Made by a program: the position numbers and the translations under genes
Assembly (NCBI GenBank): GCA_965200245.1
Contig: CBDATS010000004.1
Coordinates: 1,440,001 to 1,504,000 of the forward strand
Reading direction: 5' to 3'
Source of the DNA: a bacterium
GTDB taxonomy: Bacteria; UBA8248
DNA: 64,000 nucleotides
The notes under the pieces: model-generated
What the model saw: the letters and a program-made list of their open reading frames with translations, nothing else
Told to the model about the DNA's origin: nothing
The model's database searches: none
Shown: positions 59,693-64,000 of the stretch, piece by piece
Layout: each line of letters starts with the position of its first letter
Position numbering within the stretch: position 1 is the stretch's first letter

Positions 59693-60751
59693 TCAACGGC
59701 AAAAATCCTTTCCGCAGAACCGGAAACCGAGCAAAAGCCAGTTTTCCTTTATCGTGACGGGCGGCTTGGGGAGGGAAGGCTCGGCGGCCCGCTCCACGGC
59801 GCGAAGCGCCGCTTGATCGTAAGTATGATTTCCGCTGTAGCGCACGATCCGCAAATTACGGCAATTTCCTTGCCGATCCACGTCAATCGTGATGTCGGTC
59901 TTGAGGCGACTCAAATCGGCGGTGCCTGGCGGTACCGTCCAGAAACCCCGAATGCGCTCGGCCAGAAGCCCGTAATATCGCTCCGCATCCGTTCGCGCCA
60001 CACCGCCTGTGCCGCCCGCGCGACTACCGCCCCCTTGGCCGTCGCCTCCCCCCTCGCCTGCATATCCTTTCAAGGGTGCGCGGGCCTTGGGCGCCAGATC
60101 GGCTTTCGCCAGGCGATCATCGCTCTTCCGGTTGTCGCGCGGGCGCTTTTCGTTCGGAGTCGGTTTCTTCTTTGCATCTTTCTTGAAACGCTCGCGCCAG
60201 CGTTTTGCGCGCGCGCGGCGCTCCTGTATCCGTTTGAGACGCGCCTCGCGAACGCGGTCGAGCTTTTTCTTCCGAACTGTTCTTTTGCTTTTCTTGTTCT
60301 TGTCTGTCTTGATGCGTCGCACTTCCTTGCGAGGTTTTTTCTTCTTGACGATCTTTTTCTTTTTGACCTTGACGGGTGCGGATTTCTTCTCGGGCGCCGC
60401 TATCTTTCTCGTTCCCTCGTCCGGCCCTTTTCGGGGAACGGGTGCCTTCATATCTTCAGGCCGATCGCCGGATTTCCCCCGTGCCGAACCGCCCGGTATC
60501 TCATTTGCACCCACCAGGCTGACGGCCGTTCCACCTCCGAAAAACCTGTATTGCGGCTGAGAGGGAGCCAGGTTCACCCAGACGAAGAGCGAAACGTGCA
60601 AAACGACCGAAGCTGCCAACGCCCTGAGGAAGCGGCGATCGCGAAGCAGACCACTGCCTTTTCCGTTCGCGTTCCGAAGAATTCCGCCCGTGCGGGCCGA
60701 TTTCGTTCCTGATGAATTGGAATCTTGAGAAAACGGAGATTTGTTATTCAT
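59693..60751 (-). CDS. tolA: TolA/TonB-like energy transducer
   Basis: TM 'SVVLH' (SHLS-type), long charged linker, C-terminal 'SGNHTYDQAALRAV'; lies between tolR and tolB. Confidence 0.82.
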   Translation of the reverse strand: MNNKSPFSQDSNSSGTKSARTGGILRNANGKGSGLLRDRRFLRALAASVVLHVSLFVWVNLAPSQPQYRFFGGGTAVSLVGANEIPGGSARGKSGDRPEDMKAPVPRKGPDEGTRKIAAPEKKSAPVKVKKKKIVKKKKPRKEVRRIKTDKNKKSKRTVRKKKLDRVREARLKRIQERRARAKRWRERFKKDAKKKPTPNEKRPRDNRKSDDRLAKADLAPKARAPLKGYAGEGGGDGQGGGSRAGGTGGVARTDAERYYGLLAERIRGFWTVPPGTADLSRLKTDITIDVDRQGNCRNLRIVRYSGNHTYDQAALRAVERAAEPSLPKPPVTIKENWLLLGFRFCGKDFCR

Positions 60752-60766
60752 GATATCACTGACTTC

Positions 60767-61207
60767 TCAGCGTCTGCGCCGCCCGCCCCGAGAGGATTCC
60801 AGGGGGTCGGTCACCATGTTAAGGCGGTTTATGCCCGCTGCGCGAATGATGGCCATGACTTCCACCACTTCACCGTAGGGAACCGCGCGATCCGCTCTGA
60901 GAAAGATTTCCTTGCGTTGCCTGTTTTTGAAGAGCGCCGTGAGCTTCTCCTTGAGTTCGGAAGCAGCTAGTAGATTATCATTTATATACATGTCCCGTTT
61001 TTTGTCCAACGTGATGATGACGGCGTCCTCGGCCACGCTCGCCTTTGCTGCCTGTACCTGCGGCAAATCCACGTTCACAGCTTGGTTCTGGGTTTCTAGC
61101 AGGGGTGCCGTGACCATGAAAATCACCAGCAACACCAACATCACGTCCACGAGGGGGGTGACGTTGATGTCCGAGATGCTCGAACCCCGGTTCAGTTTAA
61201 CGGCCAT
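60767..61207 (-). CDS. tolR: TolR
   Basis: 'INVTPLVDVMLVLLVIFMVTAP', 'LRADRAVPYG'. Confidence 0.93.
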   Translation of the reverse strand: MAVKLNRGSSISDINVTPLVDVMLVLLVIFMVTAPLLETQNQAVNVDLPQVQAAKASVAEDAVIITLDKKRDMYINDNLLAASELKEKLTALFKNRQRKEIFLRADRAVPYGEVVEVMAIIRAAGINRLNMVTDPLESSRGGRRRR

Positions 61208-61229
61208 GGCAGAATCCGCTTGTCATACG

Positions 61230-61997
61230 TCATAAACGCATAAAATGGCGGCCGACCAAGTTGAGGAAGTCCGCCGTAAAGATTTCGATTTCATCCGCGA
61301 TCACCTTCACGCGACTCTGGAAGTGGTTGTAGGCGATTACGGCGGGGATGGCGGCCAAAAGTCCGAGCGCCGTTGCGATGAGCGCTTCGCTGATACCCGG
61401 GGCAACGACGGCGAGTCCGGCAGAGCCCCTCGCTCCGATTTCGCGGAACGAATTCATGATGCCCCACACCGTGCCGAACAAACCGATGAACGGCGTGGCA
61501 CTCGCCGTGGTTGCAAGGAAGGTCAGCATACGCTCAAGCCGGCCCACCTGTTCGTTCGCCGCACGCCTCAGCGCGCGCTCGACGCTCTCCACTCCCGTCA
61601 TTTCCGAGGTGAGAACGTTCGAATCCGCCTCCCCGTCACGGGCGCGCGTTTTCAGCACCTGTTCGGCTTCCTGATAACCCGCGGCGAACACATCTCCCAC
61701 CGGGCTGCCCTCGTGCTCGGCGAGTTCCCCATAGAGTCTGTCGAGGCGCTTGGAGCGCCAGAACGCATCGACGAACGACGCCGAGCGACGCCTCGCTCCT
61801 CGAAGCTCCCAGAATTTCCAGATGATGATGGCCCATGAAGAGAGCGAGAAGAAAACGAGCACCAGCAGAACGAAAAAAACCATGCCGCCCGATTGGGTGG
61901 CGAGGGTAATGATGTCCATTTCTTCTTGTGCTTGAAGCGGCGCGAGCGGCGCAGTTTCACCCGTAGGTGTGGCGGCCGCAGCCAAAATCGGGAGCAA
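61230..61997 (-). CDS. tolQ: TolQ
   Basis: 'PFIGLFGTVWGIMNSF', 'VAPGISEALIATALGL.AAIPA'. Confidence 0.93.
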   Translation of the reverse strand: MLPILAAAATPTGETAPLAPLQAQEEMDIITLATQSGGMVFFVLLVLVFFSLSSWAIIIWKFWELRGARRRSASFVDAFWRSKRLDRLYGELAEHEGSPVGDVFAAGYQEAEQVLKTRARDGEADSNVLTSEMTGVESVERALRRAANEQVGRLERMLTFLATTASATPFIGLFGTVWGIMNSFREIGARGSAGLAVVAPGISEALIATALGLLAAIPAVIAYNHFQSRVKVIADEIEIFTADFLNLVGRHFMRL

Positions 61998-62078
61998 GAC
62001 GGTTCTCCTTGCGGGCGGGATCTACAGTATCGCCCTTTCCTTGGTTTCCGTCAATCCAAAAAGGTCCGGTGCAAATCA

Positions 62079-62108
62079 TTGACATCACCTTGAAAGGCCG
62101 GTGATAAT
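62079..62108 (+). promoter_or_regulatory. Putative sigma70 promoter for the M20 gene
   Basis: TTGACA-N18-GATAAT, followed by a GGAGG RBS before GTG 62144. Confidence 0.5.
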
Positions 62109-62143
62109 GAGTCTCCCGCCCGCCCCTGGAGGCGTAGTCCGCA

Positions 62144-63328
62144 GTGGACGTTCATGAGGTCAAAGCCGCCATATCGAAGTTGATCGACGATGAGGCGGAC
62201 GCGCTTTGGGTGCTCTCTCTGGAGATTCACAGGGATCCGGAACTGAGCCTCGATGAACACCGCGCGGCAGAACGTCTGTGTACCTACCTGGAGAGCAACG
62301 GTTTCGACCTCATGCGGGGTTTGGCGAACCTGCCCACCGCGTTTCGCGCGCAACGGCCCGCCGCGGACAGTGAAAAACCATCCGTATCGTTTCTTTCTGA
62401 ATACGACGCGCTGCCCGGCCTCGGGCACGCCTGCGGGCACAACATTATCGGGGTGGCCAGCGCGGCAGCGGGCGTCGCGCTCAAGCAGGTGCTCGGCCCC
62501 GAATATGGTGGCGTCACCGTTTTTGGCACGCCCGGAGAAGAAGGCGGGGGTGGCAAGGCCCTGATGGTGCAAGCCGGCTTGTTCCGGGAAGTGGACGCGG
62601 CGATGATGGTGCACCCATCGGGCGAGACCAGGGTAAACGTCGATTTTCTGGCGCTCTCGGAACTTCGCTTCCGTTTCAGGGGACGTGCCGCCCACGCCGC
62701 AGCCGCGCCCGAACAGGGTATCAACGCGCTCGACGCTCTTGTCGCTACGTTCAACGCCGTCTCGCTGCTTCGCCAGCAACTGTCCCGGGGGGATCGCGTG
62801 CACGGCGTCATCACCGATGGCGGGGAGGTACCCAACATCATCCCCGAGAAAGCAGCCGCGTGGTTTTTCGTGAGGAGCGAAACCATGGAGGGGCTCGATG
62901 CGCTGCTTGCGCGGGTCATCGCCTGTGCGGAAGGGGCGGCACTTGCCACCGGGGCGGAACTCGATACGGAGAAAAATCCCATCACCTACGCCCCTATGCG
63001 GGTCAACCATCCCCTGGCGGCGCTGTTCCTCAAGAACCTGAACAGGATCGGTGTTCACGAACCGGATTTGGCTCCGCCCCTGCGGATGGGATCGTCCGAC
63101 GTGGGAAACGTGAGCCAGCAAACACCCACCATTCATCCGCAAATCCAGATGGTTCCCGCAGATGTTTCCGCACATACGCCCGAGTTCGCCCAGGCATCGG
63201 CGGGAGCGGAGGGCCGGCGTGTTCTGCTCGCCGGAGCCAAGGCGCTCGCAATGACGGGGGCGGACTTTCTTCTAGATGAGGGGGCGCGCAAGGCCGTTCA
63301 GGCTGAATTCGAGCACCGGGGGGGATGA
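62144..63328 (+). CDS. M20 family amidohydrolase (AbgB/PM20D2-like)
   Basis: 'EYDALPGLGHACGHN', 'GTPGEEGGGGK', 'GSSDVGNVS'. Confidence 0.92.
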   Translation: MDVHEVKAAISKLIDDEADALWVLSLEIHRDPELSLDEHRAAERLCTYLESNGFDLMRGLANLPTAFRAQRPAADSEKPSVSFLSEYDALPGLGHACGHNIIGVASAAAGVALKQVLGPEYGGVTVFGTPGEEGGGGKALMVQAGLFREVDAAMMVHPSGETRVNVDFLALSELRFRFRGRAAHAAAAPEQGINALDALVATFNAVSLLRQQLSRGDRVHGVITDGGEVPNIIPEKAAAWFFVRSETMEGLDALLARVIACAEGAALATGAELDTEKNPITYAPMRVNHPLAALFLKNLNRIGVHEPDLAPPLRMGSSDVGNVSQQTPTIHPQIQMVPADVSAHTPEFAQASAGAEGRRVLLAGAKALAMTGADFLLDEGARKAVQAEFEHRGG

Positions 63329-64000
63329 AAATCCATAAACATATAATCGACACGAAACCACGATCCTGCATTGTCGCCTTGCTCGGTTTGTTTCTGCTCC
63401 CGACACTCGTATTTGCTGCAGAAAAAGAAAGTTCTGTGCACACGGCGAAATCATCGCACAAAACAGAAGCCGTGCGTCCGAGCCTGCCCGCAAAAATCGA
63501 GAAACTCCTGGCCAGGAAGCGATACGGGGAACTCATCCGATCGCTGCGCCGGGAGAAAACGCTCCTTGGAGACAGGCGTTTTTTTCTGCTGGGCCACGCC
63601 CACCTGAAACTCAAGCAGTTTCGTCCGGCGGTCAAAGCGTTCCAAAAAGCGCTCAAGGAAACGCCCGCGCTCGAGAACTATTCGCTCCTGTTTCTGGCGA
63701 AAGCCGCAATCGGAGCAAAGGATAATGCCACCGCCCGGCGCGCGCTCGAAAAACTCGTCAAAAAAGGAAAAAAAGCGCCCGAACCTTCTTTCGTCTATGA
63801 AGAGCTGATACGTATACACCGAGCGGAAAAGCAGCCCCTGCGCGGGGCGAAGGTCGCCAAGCGCTACCTTCTCCTGTTCCCGAAAAGCTACGAGGCACCC
63901 GATTTTCTACTCAGGCGCGCCGAGGCGCTTCGCGCCGCAAAGCGGAACAGAAATGCTGCGCTCGCCTTCCGGGAATTGTGGCGGCGTCATCCCGAACATC
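63325..64000 (+). CDS. Exported TPR-like protein, partial (possibly N-terminus of a soluble lytic transglycosylase)
   Basis: ATG 63325 overlaps the M20 stop; signal peptide 'IVALLGLFLLPTLVFAAE'; helical TPR-like repeats; open to the window end, so absent from the ORF track. Confidence 0.7.
   Translation, partial: MKIHKHIIDTKPRSCIVALLGLFLLPTLVFAAEKESSVHTAKSSHKTEAVRPSLPAKIEKLLARKRYGELIRSLRREKTLLGDRRFFLLGHAHLKLKQFRPAVKAFQKALKETPALENYSLLFLAKAAIGAKDNATARRALEKLVKKGKKAPEPSFVYEELIRIHRAEKQPLRGAKVAKRYLLLFPKSYEAPDFLLRRAEALRAAKRNRNAALAFRELWRRHPEH

Overview
High-GC bacterial chromosomal segment from a diderm organism, judged from a complete tolQ-tolR-tolA-tolB-pal-cpoB cluster. It has two parts. (1) From about 2.3 to 19 kb lies a decaying accessory/defence island that starts exactly at the 3' end of a TauD-family dioxygenase gene. 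That 3' end occurs three times (2235-2330, 4435-4651, 6958-7053) and delimits two diverged tandem units. These units carry complementary remains of what looks like one ancestral cassette: an IS110-type end, abiEi-abiEii, hipA-hipB and an HU-like fragment. Next come an IS3 remnant split by an internally deleted IS1634 element, a CRISPR array cut to one full repeat, one spacer and one partial repeat, a type I-C cas operon whose cas8c has two lesions, a degraded higBA and a secreted thermonuclease. Every toxin is broken, whereas hipB, abiEi and cas1/2/4/3/5/7 are open. (2) From about 19 to 64 kb is a metabolic and housekeeping region: LigI-like amidohydrolase, cytochrome c', ggt, a lone xanthine-dehydrogenase-type Mo subunit, PAC2, two luciferase-like monooxygenases, typA, cyclophilin, an amidase with a small partner ORF, glyA, DUF3151, a four-gene tungsten-type AOR operon, three EamA transporters, LOG, a His-less pseudo-histidine-kinase, two CNNM/CBS proteins, galU, ligA and tol-pal. 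No tRNA or rRNA was recognised. All calls come from motif reading by eye; no database search was run.
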